This document shows positions 1-11,671 of a stretch of DNA of 56,420 nt, one piece after another. The notes under the pieces were generated by a model, which was not told where the DNA came from, ran no database searches, and saw only the letters and a program-made list of their open reading frames with translations. Source of the DNA: Thioalkalivibrio sp. (GTDB lineage Bacteria; Pseudomonadota; Gammaproteobacteria; Ectothiorhodospirales; Ectothiorhodospiraceae); the NCBI GenBank assembly GCA_046260855.1, contig JBHEOJ010000001.1, positions 360-56,779 of the forward strand. Direction: 5' to 3'. How positions within the stretch are numbered: position 1 is the stretch's first letter; each line of letters starts with the position of its first letter. A program made the translations under genes and the position numbers.

Positions 1-2
1 GC

Positions 3-571
3 CTTAACGTGCCCATCTCGGTGGATACCAGTCAGCCAGAAGTCATGGGTGAGGCGGCCCGAGCGGGGGCGGGGCTGATCAACGATGTGCGTGCCATGCA
101 GGTGCCAGGGGCGCTGGAGGCGGCCCGGGAGACCGGTCTGCCCGTGTGCCTCATGCATATGTCGACCCTGGATCCACGCACCATGCAGCTGGCCCCCCGG
201 TATGAAGACGTGGTCGCCGAGGTGAGCGCGTTTCTCGAGTCCCGGGTGGCGGCCTGTGAGGCGGCGGGTATCGAGCGTGGCAAACTGTTGCTGGACCCGG
301 GTTTTGGCTTCGGCAAGACCCTGGAACACAATCTGGCCCTGTTCCGGGTCCTGACGCATTTGGCTCGCTGGGCTTGCCCCTGCTGGTGGGGATTTCGCGC
401 AAGGGCATGATCGGCGCGCTACTGGGCGGTCGGGAGATCCCCGGCCGGGTCCATGGCAGTGTGGCGGCTGCCTTGCTGGCGGCGCAGATGGGAGCCTCGA
501 TCCTGCGGGTGCACGATGTGGGGCCCACCGCCGATGCTCTGCAGATCTTGCTGGCGGTAGGGGATGGCTGA
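3..571 (+). CDS. folP: Dihydropteroate synthase, 3' part (5' end outside window), split by an apparent 1-nt frameshift at about 359-361
   Basis: ORF 9-410 has ISVDT, LINDV, VCLMHM and LDPGFGFGK. The C-terminal PLLVGISRK and ILRVHDV motifs are in the other frame (374-571). folP-glmM is the usual order. Confidence 0.9.
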
Positions 572-660
572 GGGCCCGGTGCTGGGCCCTTATGTAACTC
601 ATATATATTATGTGTAGAGTCGCCAGACACTGATCCGGCGGAAAACTGGAGATCAAGCCT

Positions 661-2016
661 GTGGATAGACGCTATTTTGGTACCGATGGCATTCGTGGTC
701 GAGTGGGTCGTGTGCCCATGACCCCGGATTTCGCCCTGCGTCTGGGCTGGGCGGCAGGCAGGGTGTTGGCGCCCAAGGGCAATGGCCTGGTGATCATCGG
801 CAAGGACACCCGTGTCTCGGGGTACATGTTCGAATCGGCATTGGAGGCGGGTCTGTCTGCCGCGGGCACTGACATCCGCTTGCTGGGTCCCATGCCGACC
901 CCGGCGGTGGCCTATCTCACCCGGACCTTCCGCGCCTCGGCGGGGATCGTCATCAGCGCCTCTCACAACCCCTTCTACGACAATGGCTTCAAGTTCTTCT
1001 CCGCCCAGGGCACCAAGCTGCCGGACGAGGCGGAGCTGGCCATCGAGGCGGAGCTGGAGAAGACCATCGAGACCGTGGACTCCGCCGATATCGGCAAGGC
1101 GGAGCGGGTGGTGGATGCCGCCGGACGTTATATCGAATTCTGCAAGAGCACCATCCCTACCGGTACGGCCTTCCATGGGCTGCGGCTGGTGGTGGACTGT
1201 GCCCACGGGGCCACCTATGCGGTGGCGCCCAGTGTATTCGAGGAGCTGGGTGCCGAGGTCCTTGCCATTGGCGCGGAACCGGATGGGTTCAACATCAACG
1301 AGAATGCCGGTTCCCTGCACCCGGAGGTCCTGCGTGACACGGTGCTGAGCCAGCGGGCGGATGTGGGCATCGCCCTGGACGGGGATGGCGATCGCCTGGT
1401 GCTGGTGGATGAGCGTGGAGACGTGGTGGATGGCGATGAGGTGCTGTGCATCATCGCCATGGCGCGGGCAGGGGAGGGCTTATTGGGTGGAGGTGTGGTG
1501 GGTACCCTGATGAGCAACCTGGGCCTGGAACTGGCTCTCAAGGGCCAGGGCATTGCCTTCATGCGTGCCGCCGTGGGCGACCGCTACGTGATGGAGTTGC
1601 TGCGCCAGCAGGACTGGTTGCTGGGTGGCGAGTCCTCGGGGCACATCCTGTGCCTGGACCGTACCAGTACCGGGGATGGCATCGTTTCCGCCTTGCAGGT
1701 GCTGGCCATCATGCAGACCAGCGGCAAGCCCTTGTCCGAATTGCGACGCCAGATGACCAAGTTCCCGCAGACCCTGGTGAATGTGCCACTGGATAGTGGT
1801 GTGGCGCGGGACGCGCTGCTGGATGCCCGCGGTGTGCGCGAAGCGGTACGTGCGGCGGAACAGACCCTTGGCGAGGAGGGGCGCGTGTTGCTGAGACCTT
1901 CCGGAACCGAGCCGCTGATCCGTGTGATGGTGGAGGGGCGGGAGGCGCGCCAGGTGGAGCGCATCGCACGGGAGATCGCCCAAGCAGTGCGCGCTGTGGC
2001 GGATCACCAGGGCTGA
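661..2016 (+). CDS. glmM: Phosphoglucosamine mutase
   Basis: YFGTDGIRG, catalytic SASHNP, metal loop DGDGDR, GGESSGH, RPSGTEP. Confidence 0.97.
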   Translation: MDRRYFGTDGIRGRVGRVPMTPDFALRLGWAAGRVLAPKGNGLVIIGKDTRVSGYMFESALEAGLSAAGTDIRLLGPMPTPAVAYLTRTFRASAGIVISASHNPFYDNGFKFFSAQGTKLPDEAELAIEAELEKTIETVDSADIGKAERVVDAAGRYIEFCKSTIPTGTAFHGLRLVVDCAHGATYAVAPSVFEELGAEVLAIGAEPDGFNINENAGSLHPEVLRDTVLSQRADVGIALDGDGDRLVLVDERGDVVDGDEVLCIIAMARAGEGLLGGGVVGTLMSNLGLELALKGQGIAFMRAAVGDRYVMELLRQQDWLLGGESSGHILCLDRTSTGDGIVSALQVLAIMQTSGKPLSELRRQMTKFPQTLVNVPLDSGVARDALLDARGVREAVRAAEQTLGEEGRVLLRPSGTEPLIRVMVEGREARQVERIAREIAQAVRAVADHQG

Positions 2017-2039
2017 TCCTGCGGGCACAGTCGGTGAAA

Positions 2040-2068
2040 TTGATTTATTGGGTGCCGGGCAGTATGCT
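2040..2068 (+). promoter_or_regulatory. Putative sigma70 promoter of tpiA-secG
   Basis: TTGATT (2040-2045), 17-nt spacer, TATGCT (2063-2068), about 40 nt upstream of the tpiA ATG. Confidence 0.55.
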
Positions 2069-2109
2069 TGCGCGCTTTCTGAGGGAAGATAATCCGACGG
2101 AGGTATTGT

Positions 2110-2871
2110 ATGCGACAGCCACTGGTGGCGGGTAACTGGAAACTCAACGGTTCCCTGAAGGCCAACGAGGCGTTGCTGGGTGACCTGAGCAAGGCCCTTG
2201 CTACGGGGCTCAAGACTGAGGTCGCGGTATGCCCTCCCTTCGTGTATCTGCCCCAGGTGGCAGACCTGATTCAGGGCCAGCCGGTGGCGCTGGGTTCCCA
2301 GGATGTCTCCGATCAGGATTCCGGTGCGTTCACCGGTGAGATCTCCGGTGCCATGCTCAAGGATGTGGGCTGTGTGTATGCCATCGTCGGCCATTCCGAG
2401 CGACGCAGCCTGTACGCCGAGGATGATGCGTGCACCGCACGCAAGTTCGCCGCTGCCCGTCGCCATGGCCTCAAGCCCATCCTGTGTGTGGGTGAGTTGC
2501 TGGAGGAGCGCGAGTCGGGCATCACCGAGCAGGTGGTGGCCCGGCAGCTGGATGCGGTGATGGATCTGGAAGGTGTGTCCGCGCTGGCCGATGCCGTGTT
2601 GGCCTATGAGCCCGTATGGGCCATTGGCACCGGCAAGACTGCCAGTCCGGAGCAGGCCCAGGCGGTCCACGCGTTTATCCGTGGCCGTGTGGCCGAACGG
2701 GATGCGGCGGTGGCCGAAGGGCTGCGCATCCTCTATGGCGGCAGCGTCAAGGCGGACAATGCCGCAGAACTGTTTGCGAAGCCTGATATCGACGGAGGCC
2801 TGATCGGCGGCGCCTCCTTGAAGGCTGAAGATTTCATGGCCATCTGCCGGGCGGCCGATCAGGCGAGTTGA
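2110..2871 (+). CDS. tpiA: Triosephosphate isomerase
   Basis: AGNWK, GHSERR, AYEPVWAIGTG, YGGSV, GGASL motifs. Confidence 0.98.
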   Translation: MRQPLVAGNWKLNGSLKANEALLGDLSKALATGLKTEVAVCPPFVYLPQVADLIQGQPVALGSQDVSDQDSGAFTGEISGAMLKDVGCVYAIVGHSERRSLYAEDDACTARKFAAARRHGLKPILCVGELLEERESGITEQVVARQLDAVMDLEGVSALADAVLAYEPVWAIGTGKTASPEQAQAVHAFIRGRVAERDAAVAEGLRILYGGSVKADNAAELFAKPDIDGGLIGGASLKAEDFMAICRAADQAS

Positions 2872-2876
2872 TTGAC

Positions 2877-3218
2877 ATGTTTTATAGCATTCTACTGGTA
2901 GTTCAGGTGGTTGTGGCCCTCACCCTGGTCACGTTGATCCTGGTGCAGCACGGCAAGGGTGCCGATGCCGGCGCGGCCTTTGGCAGCGGCGCCTCCTCCA
3001 CGGTGTTCGGCTCACGGGGCTCCGCCAATTTCCTGAGTCGCGCCACGGGTGTCCTGGCCACGCTGTTTTTCCTCAACAGCCTGGGTCTGGCCTATCTGGT
3101 CAGCAATCAGCCGGCGCCCACCAGCGTGATGGACCGACTCCCGGCCATCGAGCAGCCCGCCCCGGCAGCTCGCCCCGAGCCCACGGAGCCGGGTGTGCCG
3201 GCCGACGTGCCGCGCTGA
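2877..3218 (+). CDS. secG: Preprotein translocase subunit SecG
   Basis: Two TM segments around QHGKGADAGAAFGSGASSTVFGS, in tpiA-secG-tRNA-Leu order. Confidence 0.95.
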   Translation: MFYSILLVVQVVVALTLVTLILVQHGKGADAGAAFGSGASSTVFGSRGSANFLSRATGVLATLFFLNSLGLAYLVSNQPAPTSVMDRLPAIEQPAPAARPEPTEPGVPADVPR

Positions 3219-3240
3219 ATCGGGTAGTGCATTAGTACAT

Positions 3241-3325
3241 GCAGATGTGGTGGAATTGGTAGACACGCCGTCTTGAGGGGGCGGTGGCGCAAGCCGTGTC
3301 GGTTCGAGTCCGACCATCTGCACCA
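3241..3325 (+). tRNA. tRNA-Leu (GAG)
   Basis: 85 nt cloverleaf with D-loop TGGAATTGGTAGAC, anticodon arm CCGTC-TTGAGGG-GGCGG, long variable arm, GGTTCGAGTCC and encoded CCA. Confidence 0.96.
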
Positions 3326-3550
3326 AACTTCTGGACCGATGCGTGTCGCAACGGTCCCTGTGTCAGGGAGCAGGCTTTCCTGATTCGCAACGGCCCCGGA
3401 CACCCCGGGCCCGGGCAAGTGCCCTGACGGGCAGACAGGCCCGTTCAGCAGCAACAAAGATCAAGACGACCCGTGCGTCATGAGCGCGTGGGCACAACAG
3501 CAAGCAAATCCCGTTGATGTGGCCAGACCGCTGGCGGGGGGAGTGACAGC

Positions 3551-3907
3551 ATGTTGGAAAGCTATCTTCCGATCCTGATCTTTATCGGTGTTGGCCTGTT
3601 GGTGGGTGTTGTGCCTTTGGCGCTGGGTATGGCCATTGGTCCGCACCGACCGGACAGCGCCAAGAACTCTTCCTACGAATGCGGCTTCGAGGCATTCGAG
3701 GACTCCCGTATGAAGTTTGACGTCCGGTTCTATCTGGTCGCCATTCTGTTCATCATTTTCGATCTTGAAATCGCCTTCCTGTTTCCCTGGGCCGTCGCGC
3801 TTGATTCCATTGGCATGTTCGGTCTGCTGGCCATGGGCCTGTTCCTGGGGATCCTGGTGATCGGTTTCATCTACGAGTGGAAGAAGGGGGCCCTGGAATG
3901 GGAATAG
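3551..3907 (+). CDS. nuoA: NADH-quinone oxidoreductase subunit A
   Basis: [22 protein letters not shown]. Confidence 0.97.
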   Translation: MLESYLPILIFIGVGLLVGVVPLALGMAIGPHRPDSAKNSSYECGFEAFEDSRMKFDVRFYLVAILFIIFDLEIAFLFPWAVALDSIGMFGLLAMGLFLGILVIGFIYEWKKGALEWE

Positions 3908-4374
3908 AAGGCGTCCTTGAAAAGGGCTTTGTCACCACTTCCGCTGACAAGCTGATCAACTGGGCCCGTACCGGTTCTCTGTGGCCCGTGACCTTCGGCC
4001 TGGCCTGCTGCGCTGTGGAGATGATGCATGCCGGTGCGTCCCGTTACGATCTCGATCGTTTCGGCATTGTGTTTCGCCCCAGCCCGCGTCAGTCTGATGT
4101 AATGATCGTGGCCGGTACCCTGGTGAATAAGATGGCCCCGGCGCTGCGCAAGGTCTATGACCAGATGGCAGAGCCTCGCTGGGTGATCTCCATGGGTTCC
4201 TGTGCCAATGGCGGCGGCTACTATCACTACTCCTACGCGGTGGTGCGCGGCTGCGACCGCATCGTGCCAGTGGACATCTATGTGCCCGGCTGTCCACCCA
4301 CGGCGGAAGCCTTGCTCTACGGCATCCTGCAGTTGCAGAACAAGATCCGTCGCACCAACACCATCGCACGATAA
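3898..4374 (+). CDS. nuoB: NADH-quinone oxidoreductase subunit B
   Basis: [28 protein letters not shown] at 3898 overlaps the nuoA end. Confidence 0.97.
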   Translation: MGIEGVLEKGFVTTSADKLINWARTGSLWPVTFGLACCAVEMMHAGASRYDLDRFGIVFRPSPRQSDVMIVAGTLVNKMAPALRKVYDQMAEPRWVISMGSCANGGGYYHYSYAVVRGCDRIVPVDIYVPGCPPTAEALLYGILQLQNKIRRTNTIAR

Positions 4375-4399
4375 TCCGTCCAAACCCGGTCCTGGTAAC

Positions 4400-5125
4400 A
4401 TGAGCGAGCGACTCGACAAACTGGCTGTGCGCCTGCAAGAACGCTTCAAGTCTGGGGACGCCAAGCTCATTGATGCATTTGGCGAGCTGACCCTGGAGGT
4501 CCCCGCCGCGGCCTTGATCGATACCGCGCAGGCGCTGCACGATGAAGAGGGTTTCGGCTTCGAAATCCTCATTGATGTATGCGGTGTGGATTATCTGGAA
4601 TACGGCGTGGATGAATGGTCCACGGAGCAGCCTTCCAGCCAGGGCTTCAGTCGCGGTGTGGAAAAGGCCAGTTTCGGACGCTTCACCTTCGATGATGTGG
4701 ATGATCGCAGGATCTGCGAGGGGCCGCGCTTCGCCGTGGTCTACCACTTGCTTTCCGTGAGCCTCAATCAGCGCCTGCGCCTGCGGGTGTTCTGCGAGGA
4801 TAATGAATTCCCGGTGGTGGTCTCGGTGACGGGTGTGTGGAATGGCGCTGACTGGTACGAGCGCGAGGCCTTTGATCTTTACGGCATCATGTTCGAGGGA
4901 CATCCCGATCTGCGTCGGATCCTGACCGACTACGGTTTTGTGGGTCATCCCTTCCGCAAGGACTTCCCACTGGTGGGGCATGTGGAAATGCGCTACGACC
5001 CCGACCAGGCGCGGGTGATCTATCAGCCGGTGACCATCGAGCCTCGGGTGCTGGTGCCCAAGGTGATTCGTCACGATCATCGCTACATCAATGAATCGGC
5101 CGAGGAGAAGCCCGCCGATGCCTGA
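4400..5125 (+). CDS. nuoC: NADH-quinone oxidoreductase subunit C (not fused to D)
   Basis: [34 protein letters not shown] at 4400. Confidence 0.96.
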   Translation: MSERLDKLAVRLQERFKSGDAKLIDAFGELTLEVPAAALIDTAQALHDEEGFGFEILIDVCGVDYLEYGVDEWSTEQPSSQGFSRGVEKASFGRFTFDDVDDRRICEGPRFAVVYHLLSVSLNQRLRLRVFCEDNEFPVVVSVTGVWNGADWYEREAFDLYGIMFEGHPDLRRILTDYGFVGHPFRKDFPLVGHVEMRYDPDQARVIYQPVTIEPRVLVPKVIRHDHRYINESAEEKPADA

Positions 5126-6371
5126 GATTCGCAACTACACGCTGAACTTCGGTCCCCAGCATCCTTCCGCCCACGGCGTGTTGCGTCTGGTGCTGGAGCT
5201 GGATGGCGAGGTGGTGCAGCGCGCCGACCCTCATATCGGACTGCTGCATCGTGGCACCGAGAAGCTGGCGGAGAGCAAGCCCTACAACCAGAGCATCGGT
5301 TACATGGACCGTCTCGATTACGTGTCCATGATGTGCAACGAGCATGGCTACGTGCTGGCCATGGAAAAGCTGCTGGGTGTCGAGGTCCCCATCCGTGCCC
5401 AGTACATCCGCGTGATGTTCGACGAGATCACCCGGATCCTCAATCATCTGCTTTGGCTCGGCGCCCACGCCCTGGACATCGGCGCCATGACGGTGTTTCT
5501 GTACGCCTTCCGTGAGCGCGAGGACCTGATGGACTGCTACGAGGCAGTCAGTGGCGCGCGTCTGCACGCCACCTACTACCGCCCCGGCGGCGTGGCACGG
5601 GACCTGCCCGACGCCATGCCCCGATACCAGGTCTCACGTTTCAAGAACCAGAAGGCTGTGGACGCCCTGAACGAGATCCGTCAGGGCTCCATGCTGGACT
5701 TTATAGAGGCCTTCACCGAGCGCTTCCCCGGTTGCGTGGACGAGTACGAGACCCTGCTTACCGACAACCGCATCTGGAAGCAGCGTACCGTGGGTGTAGG
5801 CGTGGTCAGCCCCGAGCGCGCCATGCAGATGGGCTTCACCGGCCCCATGCTGCGCGGTTCCGGGGTGGAATGGGATCTGCGCCGCAAGCAGCCCTACGAG
5901 GTCTACGAGAAGATCGACTTCCAGATCCCGGTGGGCGTGAACGGTGACTGCTACGACCGGTATCTGGTGCGCATCGAGGAGATGCGCCAGTCCAATCACA
6001 TCGTCAAGCAGTGCGTGGACTGGCTGCGCAAGAATCCTGGTCCGGTCATGCTGGATGACCACAAGCTCAGCCCGCCCCGCCGCGAGGAGATGAAGGCGGA
6101 CATGGAGTCGCTCATTCATCACTTCAAGCTGTTCACTGAAGGTTTTTGCCTGCCCGAGGGCGAGGCCTATGCCGCGGTGGAACATCCCAAGGGCGAGTTC
6201 GGCGTTTACCTGGTGTCCGATGGTGCCAACAAGCCCTATCGACTCAAGGTGCGCGCCCCGGGCTTTCCCCACCTGGCCGGCCTCAACGAGATGTCCACGG
6301 GACACATGCTGGCCGATGTGGTGGCCATCATCGGCTCCCAGGACATCGTATTCGGGGAGATTGATCGCTGA
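5118..6371 (+). CDS. nuoD: NADH-quinone oxidoreductase subunit D
   Basis: [32 protein letters not shown]-terminus. Confidence 0.97.
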   Translation: MPEIRNYTLNFGPQHPSAHGVLRLVLELDGEVVQRADPHIGLLHRGTEKLAESKPYNQSIGYMDRLDYVSMMCNEHGYVLAMEKLLGVEVPIRAQYIRVMFDEITRILNHLLWLGAHALDIGAMTVFLYAFREREDLMDCYEAVSGARLHATYYRPGGVARDLPDAMPRYQVSRFKNQKAVDALNEIRQGSMLDFIEAFTERFPGCVDEYETLLTDNRIWKQRTVGVGVVSPERAMQMGFTGPMLRGSGVEWDLRRKQPYEVYEKIDFQIPVGVNGDCYDRYLVRIEEMRQSNHIVKQCVDWLRKNPGPVMLDDHKLSPPRREEMKADMESLIHHFKLFTEGFCLPEGEAYAAVEHPKGEFGVYLVSDGANKPYRLKVRAPGFPHLAGLNEMSTGHMLADVVAIIGSQDIVFGEIDR

Positions 6372-6877
6372 TGCCCAAGATTCAGAGCGAAAACAAGGCC
6401 GCACTGCTCAACGATCATCTGCGCGAGGAGATCGATGACTGGTTGAACCGCTTTCCCGAAGATCAGCGCCAGTCCGCAGTCCTCGGCGCCTTGCGCGCCG
6501 TGCAGCATGAACATGGCTATCTCAGCACCGAGATGATGGATGCGGTGGCCGAATATATCGGCATGCCCGACATCGCCGTCTACGAGGTGGCCAGCTTCTA
6601 TTCCATGTACGAATTGAAGCCCGTGGGTCGCCACACCATCGCCGTGTGTACCAACATCTCCTGCATGCTGCGCGGCTCCGAGAAGATCGTGCAGCACCTG
6701 GAGGACAAGCTGGGTATCAAGACCGGTGAGAGCACGCCGGACGGCAAGTTCTACATGAAGAATGAAGAGGAATGCCTTGCGGCCTGCTGCGGCGCGCCCA
6801 TGATGCAGGTTGATCACGTCTACTACGAGCATCTCACCCCCGAACGGGTGGATGAGATCCTCGACGGTCTGGAGTGA
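6371..6877 (+). CDS. nuoE: NADH-quinone oxidoreductase subunit E
   Basis: 2Fe-2S ligands CTNISC and ECLAAC. Confidence 0.96.
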   Translation: MPKIQSENKAALLNDHLREEIDDWLNRFPEDQRQSAVLGALRAVQHEHGYLSTEMMDAVAEYIGMPDIAVYEVASFYSMYELKPVGRHTIAVCTNISCMLRGSEKIVQHLEDKLGIKTGESTPDGKFYMKNEEECLAACCGAPMMQVDHVYYEHLTPERVDEILDGLE

Positions 6878-6884
6878 ACATGCC

Positions 6885-8159
6885 ATGAACCGTATCTGTT
6901 TTACAACGCTTCAGTATGACGAGCCCTGGACCCTGGAGAACTACCTCAAGGTGGGCGGCTACCAGGCGCTGAAGAAGGTCTTCGCCGAGAAGATGCCCCA
7001 GGAGGACGTCATCGAGGAGATGAAGAAGTCCAACCTGCGCGGCCGTGGCGGTGCGGGCTTCCCCACCGGACTCAAGTGGAGCTTCATGCCCCGCAACGCA
7101 CCGGGGCAGAAATACGTAGTGTGCAACTCGGATGAATCCGAGCCAGGTACCTGCAAGGACCGTGACATTCTGCGTTTCAATCCCCATGCCCTGGTCGAAG
7201 GCATGGCCATCGCCGGTTACGCCATCGGCGCCACCGTGGGTTACAACTACATGCGCGGCGAGTTCATGGACGAGCCCTACCAGCGCTTTGTCCAGGCGGT
7301 GCGTGAGGCCTACGAACAGGGCTTTCTGGGCAAGGACATCCTGGGCTCTGGCATGGACTTCGATCTGTACCCGACCCTAGGTGCAGGCGCCTACATCTGT
7401 GGCGAAGAGACAGCCCTGCTGGAATCCCTGGAAGGCAAGAAGGGCCAGCCCCGCTTCAAGCCGCCGTTCCCGGCCAACTTCGGTCTCTACGGCCGGCCCA
7501 CCACCATCAACACTGAGTCCCTGGCCTCCGTGCCCAGCATCATCCGCGAGGGCGGCGATTGGTTCGCGGCCCTGGGGATCCCCAAGTCCGGTGGTGAGAA
7601 GCTGTTTTCTGTTTCGGGTCACGTGAACAAGCCCGGCAACTTCGAGGTCCCCCTGGGCACGCCCTTCAAGGACCTGCTGGAGATGGCCGGGGGTGTGCTG
7701 GATGGTCGCAAGTTGAAGGCCGTAATCCCGGGCGGCTCCTCGGTGCCCGTAGTGCCCGGCGACGTGATGCTGACCGCCAACATGGACTATGACTCCGTCG
7801 CCAATGTCGGCTCCATGCTGGGCTCCGGTGCGGTGATCGTCATGGACGAGACCACGGACATGGTCAAGGCCCTGCAGCGCATCTCGCGCTTTTACTTCTC
7901 CGAGTCCTGCGGCCAGTGCACGCCGTGTCGCGAGGGCACCGGCTGGCTGTACCGCATGCTGACCCGCATCGTGGAAGGCAAGGGCCGCATGGAGGATCTG
8001 GAGCGCCTGGACGATGTGGCCAGCAAGATCGAGGGCCGCACCATCTGCGCCCTGGGCGATGCCGCCGCCATGCCGGTGCGCAGCTTCGTGAAGCATTTCC
8101 GCCACGAATTCGAACATTACATTCAGCACGGGCGCAGCCTGGTCGCGGACGCGGCCTGA
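6885..8159 (+). CDS. nuoF: NADH-quinone oxidoreductase subunit F
   Basis: [35 protein letters not shown]. Confidence 0.97.
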   Translation: MNRICFTTLQYDEPWTLENYLKVGGYQALKKVFAEKMPQEDVIEEMKKSNLRGRGGAGFPTGLKWSFMPRNAPGQKYVVCNSDESEPGTCKDRDILRFNPHALVEGMAIAGYAIGATVGYNYMRGEFMDEPYQRFVQAVREAYEQGFLGKDILGSGMDFDLYPTLGAGAYICGEETALLESLEGKKGQPRFKPPFPANFGLYGRPTTINTESLASVPSIIREGGDWFAALGIPKSGGEKLFSVSGHVNKPGNFEVPLGTPFKDLLEMAGGVLDGRKLKAVIPGGSSVPVVPGDVMLTANMDYDSVANVGSMLGSGAVIVMDETTDMVKALQRISRFYFSESCGQCTPCREGTGWLYRMLTRIVEGKGRMEDLERLDDVASKIEGRTICALGDAAAMPVRSFVKHFRHEFEHYIQHGRSLVADAA

Positions 8160-8198
8160 GCCTGTCCTGCTGATACCCAGCGAGTCGAGACACATCAC

Positions 8199-10577
8199 AT
8201 GAGTCAGGACCTGGTCAACATCGAGATCAACGGCACCCCCTTGCAGGCACGCAAGGGGGTCATGCTGATCGAGGTGGCGGACGAAGCGGGCATTCAGATC
8301 CCACGCTTCTGCTACCACAAGAAGCTGTCGGTGGCGGCCAATTGCCGCATGTGCCTGGTAGAGGTCGAAAAGGCGCCCAAGCCGCTTCCCGCCTGCGCCA
8401 CACCGGTCATGGACGGCATGAAGGTCTACACTCGGTCGCCCAAGGCGCTGGCCGCCCAGAAGGGCACCATGGAGTTCCTGCTCATAAATCACCCGCTGGA
8501 CTGCCCCATCTGCGACCAGGGCGGTGAGTGTGAGTTGCAGGATGTGGCCATGGGTTACGGCGAAGACCTGTCCCGCTACACCGAGGCCAAGCGGGTGGTC
8601 AAGGACAAGGACATCGGCCCGCTGATCTCCACCGAGATGACCCGTTGCATCCACTGCACCCGTTGCGTGCGCTTCGGCGAAGAGATCGCCGGCATCCGTG
8701 AGTTGGGTGCCACCGGCCGCGGCGAGTTCGTGCAGATCGGCACCTATGTGGAAAAGGCGGTCAGCTCCGAGATGTCCGGCAACGTCATCGACCTGTGCCC
8801 CGTGGGTGCGCTGACCGCCAAGCCCTCACGCTACACTGCCCGTCCCTGGGAACTGATGCAGCACGCCACCGTGGCTCCCCATGACAGCATTGGCTCCAAT
8901 CTTTACCTGCACTCCCGCGAGGGCCGCGTCATGCGCGCGGTGCCCCGGGAAAATGATGCGGTGAACGAGACCTGGATCTCCGATAGGGACCGTTTCAGCT
9001 ACACAGCCCTGTATGCCGAGGACCGTATCACCAGCCCCATGGTGAAGGACAATGGCAAGTGGGTGGAAACCGACTGGGAGAGCGCCCTGGCGCGCACCGT
9101 CGAGGGTCTCAAGGGCAGCGCCGCCAGCGATACCGGCGCGCTGCTTTCGCCACACGCCACCCTGGAAGAACTGTATCTGGCCCAGAAACTCCTGCGCGGC
9201 CTGGGGGTGACTTCCATCGACCATCGCCTGCGCCAGGCGGATTTCAGCCACGCCGACGCAGATCCCGTATTCCCCTACCTGGGCATGCCCCTGGATGAGT
9301 TGGATTCGGTCGATGCTGCCCTGCTGGTGGCCAGCAACGTGCGCAAGGAACAGCCCATTGCCGCCCACCGGCTGCGCAAGGCGGCTCTCAAGGGGGCTGC
9401 CATGATGGCCATCAACACCCGCGACTACGACTTTGCCTTCCCCATGGCCGCCCAGCGCATCACCGATCCTTATGGTCTGGTGACGGCGCTGGCCGGTGTG
9501 GCCCAGGCAGCCCTCCAGGCCGCAGGCGCCAAGGCACCCGCGAGCCTCGCCGGGATCATCGATAGCGCCTCGGCGGATGAATCGGCGCAGGCCATGGCCG
9601 CGGCCCTGAAGGACGTCGAGCGAGCCGTCCTGCTGCTGGGCAGTCAGGCCTTTGCCCATCCCCGCTTCAGTGTGTTGCGCGCCCTGGCCGGGGTGATCAC
9701 GGAACACACCGGCGCCACCCTGGGCTACCTGCCCGAGGCCGCCAACAGCGTCGGCGCCTGGCTGGCCGGCGTCGTGCCCCATCGCGGCCCGGGCGGTGAG
9801 CGCCTGGAGTCCGCCGGCCTGAATGCCGCTTCCATGCTGGCCCAGCCCCGCCAGGCCTATTTCCTTATGGGTGTTGAGCCGGACCTGGACTGTGTCGACG
9901 GCGTGCAGGCCCGCGAGGCCCTGGACGCGGCCGGCTTCGTGGTGTCCCTGACCAGTTTTGCCTCCGAGGCCACCCGCAACATGGCCGACGTGATCCTGCC
10001 CATTGCCACTTTTGCGGAGACCTCGGGCACCTTCGTCAATGCCGAGGGCCGCTGGCAGTCCTTCCAGGGTGTGGCCAGCCCCCTGGGCGATGCGCGCCCT
10101 GGCTGGAAGGTGCTGCGGGTGCTGGGCAACATGGCCGGGCTTGCAGGTTTTGACTACGTCTCTTCCGAGAACGTACGCGATGAACTCAAGGGCTGCTTCG
10201 GTGCTGACGTGGCCTTCGACACCCGGGTCTGCGTGGACGATGGTGAGACCTTCGACATGGCGCCGGTGCCCACGGGGCTGCAGCGTGCCGGTGGCGTGGC
10301 CATCTATGCACTGGACCCGCTGGTCCGACGTGCCGGCTCGTTGCAGGAGACCGCGGATGGGCGTCAGGCCGGTGCCTATGTAAACGAGGCCCAGGCCCGG
10401 GCCCTGGATCTGCTCAATACAGACCGGGTGTTGGTGCGCCAGGGTGGCCGGACCGCCAGCCTGGACCTGGTGATCGACGATGGCGTGGCCATGGGCTGCG
10501 TCTGGATCCCCGCCGGGATGACCGAAACCGCCCCCCTGGGTGCGGCCTTCGGCCCCGTGGAACTGCAGAAGCTCTAA
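8199..10577 (+). CDS. nuoG: NADH-quinone oxidoreductase subunit G
   Basis: PRFCYH, NCRMC, HPLDCPICDQGGEC, RCIHCTRC. Confidence 0.97.
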   Translation: MSQDLVNIEINGTPLQARKGVMLIEVADEAGIQIPRFCYHKKLSVAANCRMCLVEVEKAPKPLPACATPVMDGMKVYTRSPKALAAQKGTMEFLLINHPLDCPICDQGGECELQDVAMGYGEDLSRYTEAKRVVKDKDIGPLISTEMTRCIHCTRCVRFGEEIAGIRELGATGRGEFVQIGTYVEKAVSSEMSGNVIDLCPVGALTAKPSRYTARPWELMQHATVAPHDSIGSNLYLHSREGRVMRAVPRENDAVNETWISDRDRFSYTALYAEDRITSPMVKDNGKWVETDWESALARTVEGLKGSAASDTGALLSPHATLEELYLAQKLLRGLGVTSIDHRLRQADFSHADADPVFPYLGMPLDELDSVDAALLVASNVRKEQPIAAHRLRKAALKGAAMMAINTRDYDFAFPMAAQRITDPYGLVTALAGVAQAALQAAGAKAPASLAGIIDSASADESAQAMAAALKDVERAVLLLGSQAFAHPRFSVLRALAGVITEHTGATLGYLPEAANSVGAWLAGVVPHRGPGGERLESAGLNAASMLAQPRQAYFLMGVEPDLDCVDGVQAREALDAAGFVVSLTSFASEATRNMADVILPIATFAETSGTFVNAEGRWQSFQGVASPLGDARPGWKVLRVLGNMAGLAGFDYVSSENVRDELKGCFGADVAFDTRVCVDDGETFDMAPVPTGLQRAGGVAIYALDPLVRRAGSLQETADGRQAGAYVNEAQARALDLLNTDRVLVRQGGRTASLDLVIDDGVAMGCVWIPAGMTETAPLGAAFGPVELQKL

Positions 10578-10595
10578 GGGGACTGGGGACACGAG

Positions 10596-11660
10596 ATGCT
10601 GGAAACAATGATGAATTTCTGGGACGGGTTGCCGGTGGTCATGCAGATCATGACCAAGATCACCCTGATCATTACCCCGCTGATGCTTGCGGTGGCCTAT
10701 GTCACCTTCGCCGAGCGCAAGATTATCGGCTACATGCAGGTGCGCATGGGGCCGAACCGTGTGGGCCCCAAGGGCTGGCTGCAGCCGATCGCCGATGCGA
10801 TCAAGCTGCTGACCAAGGAAGTGATCGTCCCCACCAACGCCAACCGTTTTCTGTTCCTGATTGCCCCGGTGCTGTCCATCGCACCGGCACTGGCCGCCTG
10901 GGCGGTGGTGCCCTTTGATGACGGCATGGCCCTGGCGAACATCAATGCCGGCCTGCTCTACATCCTGGCTCTGAGTTCACTGGGCGTGTATGGCGTGATC
11001 ATCGCCGGCTGGGCGTCCAACTCCAAGTACGCCCTGCTGGGTGCCCTGCGCTCGGCGGCACAGATTGTGTCCTACGAAATCGCCATGGGCTTCGCCCTGG
11101 TGGGCGTGATCATGGTAGCGGGCAGCCTGAACTTGGGAGAGATCGTCAGCGCCCAGTCGGGCAGTGTGTATCACTGGTACCTGCTGCCGCTGCTGCCGCT
11201 GTTCCTGGTGTTCTTCATATCCGGTGTGGCCGAGACCAACCGCGCGCCCTTCGATGTCGCGGAAGGCGAGTCGGAGATCGTGGCCGGTTTTCATGTGGAG
11301 TATTCAGGCATGGCCTTCGCCGTGTTCTTCCTGGCCGAATACGCCAACATGATCCTGATCTCGGCACTGACCGCCGTGCTGTTCCTGGGCGGCTGGCTGT
11401 CGCCGTTCCAGGGCATCCTGCCGGAATCCGCCTTTGCGATCCCGGTGATCGGCTGGTTCCTGGATGGCGGCATCCACTGGTTTCTGCTTAAGACCGCCTT
11501 CTTCCTGTTCCTGTTCCTGTGGTTCCGGGCCACCTTTCCGCGCTATCGCTATGACCAGATCATGCGTCTGGGCTGGAAGGTACTGATCCCCGTGACCATC
11601 GTGTGGCTGTTTGTCCTGGGCGTGGGTGTCGCCTTTGACATCGGCCCCTGGTTTGCGTGA
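10596..11660 (+). CDS. nuoH: NADH-quinone oxidoreductase subunit H
   Basis: [32 protein letters not shown]. Confidence 0.97.
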   Translation: MLETMMNFWDGLPVVMQIMTKITLIITPLMLAVAYVTFAERKIIGYMQVRMGPNRVGPKGWLQPIADAIKLLTKEVIVPTNANRFLFLIAPVLSIAPALAAWAVVPFDDGMALANINAGLLYILALSSLGVYGVIIAGWASNSKYALLGALRSAAQIVSYEIAMGFALVGVIMVAGSLNLGEIVSAQSGSVYHWYLLPLLPLFLVFFISGVAETNRAPFDVAEGESEIVAGFHVEYSGMAFAVFFLAEYANMILISALTAVLFLGGWLSPFQGILPESAFAIPVIGWFLDGGIHWFLLKTAFFLFLFLWFRATFPRYRYDQIMRLGWKVLIPVTIVWLFVLGVGVAFDIGPWFA

Positions 11661-11671
11661 GAGGTTCGATC

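Noticed and set aside
3241-3400. tRNA-Leu or tRNA-Met as prophage/island integration sites
   Set aside because: No integrase and no duplicated tRNA 3' end was seen. Core synteny continues on both sides.
8826-10592. 588-aa antisense ORF over nuoG, and similar long shadows such as 42112-43884, 35176-36990, 52300-53793 and 30964-32301
   Set aside because: They lie exactly opposite well-supported genes. High-GC codon bias suppresses antisense stops, and they show no recognisable motifs.
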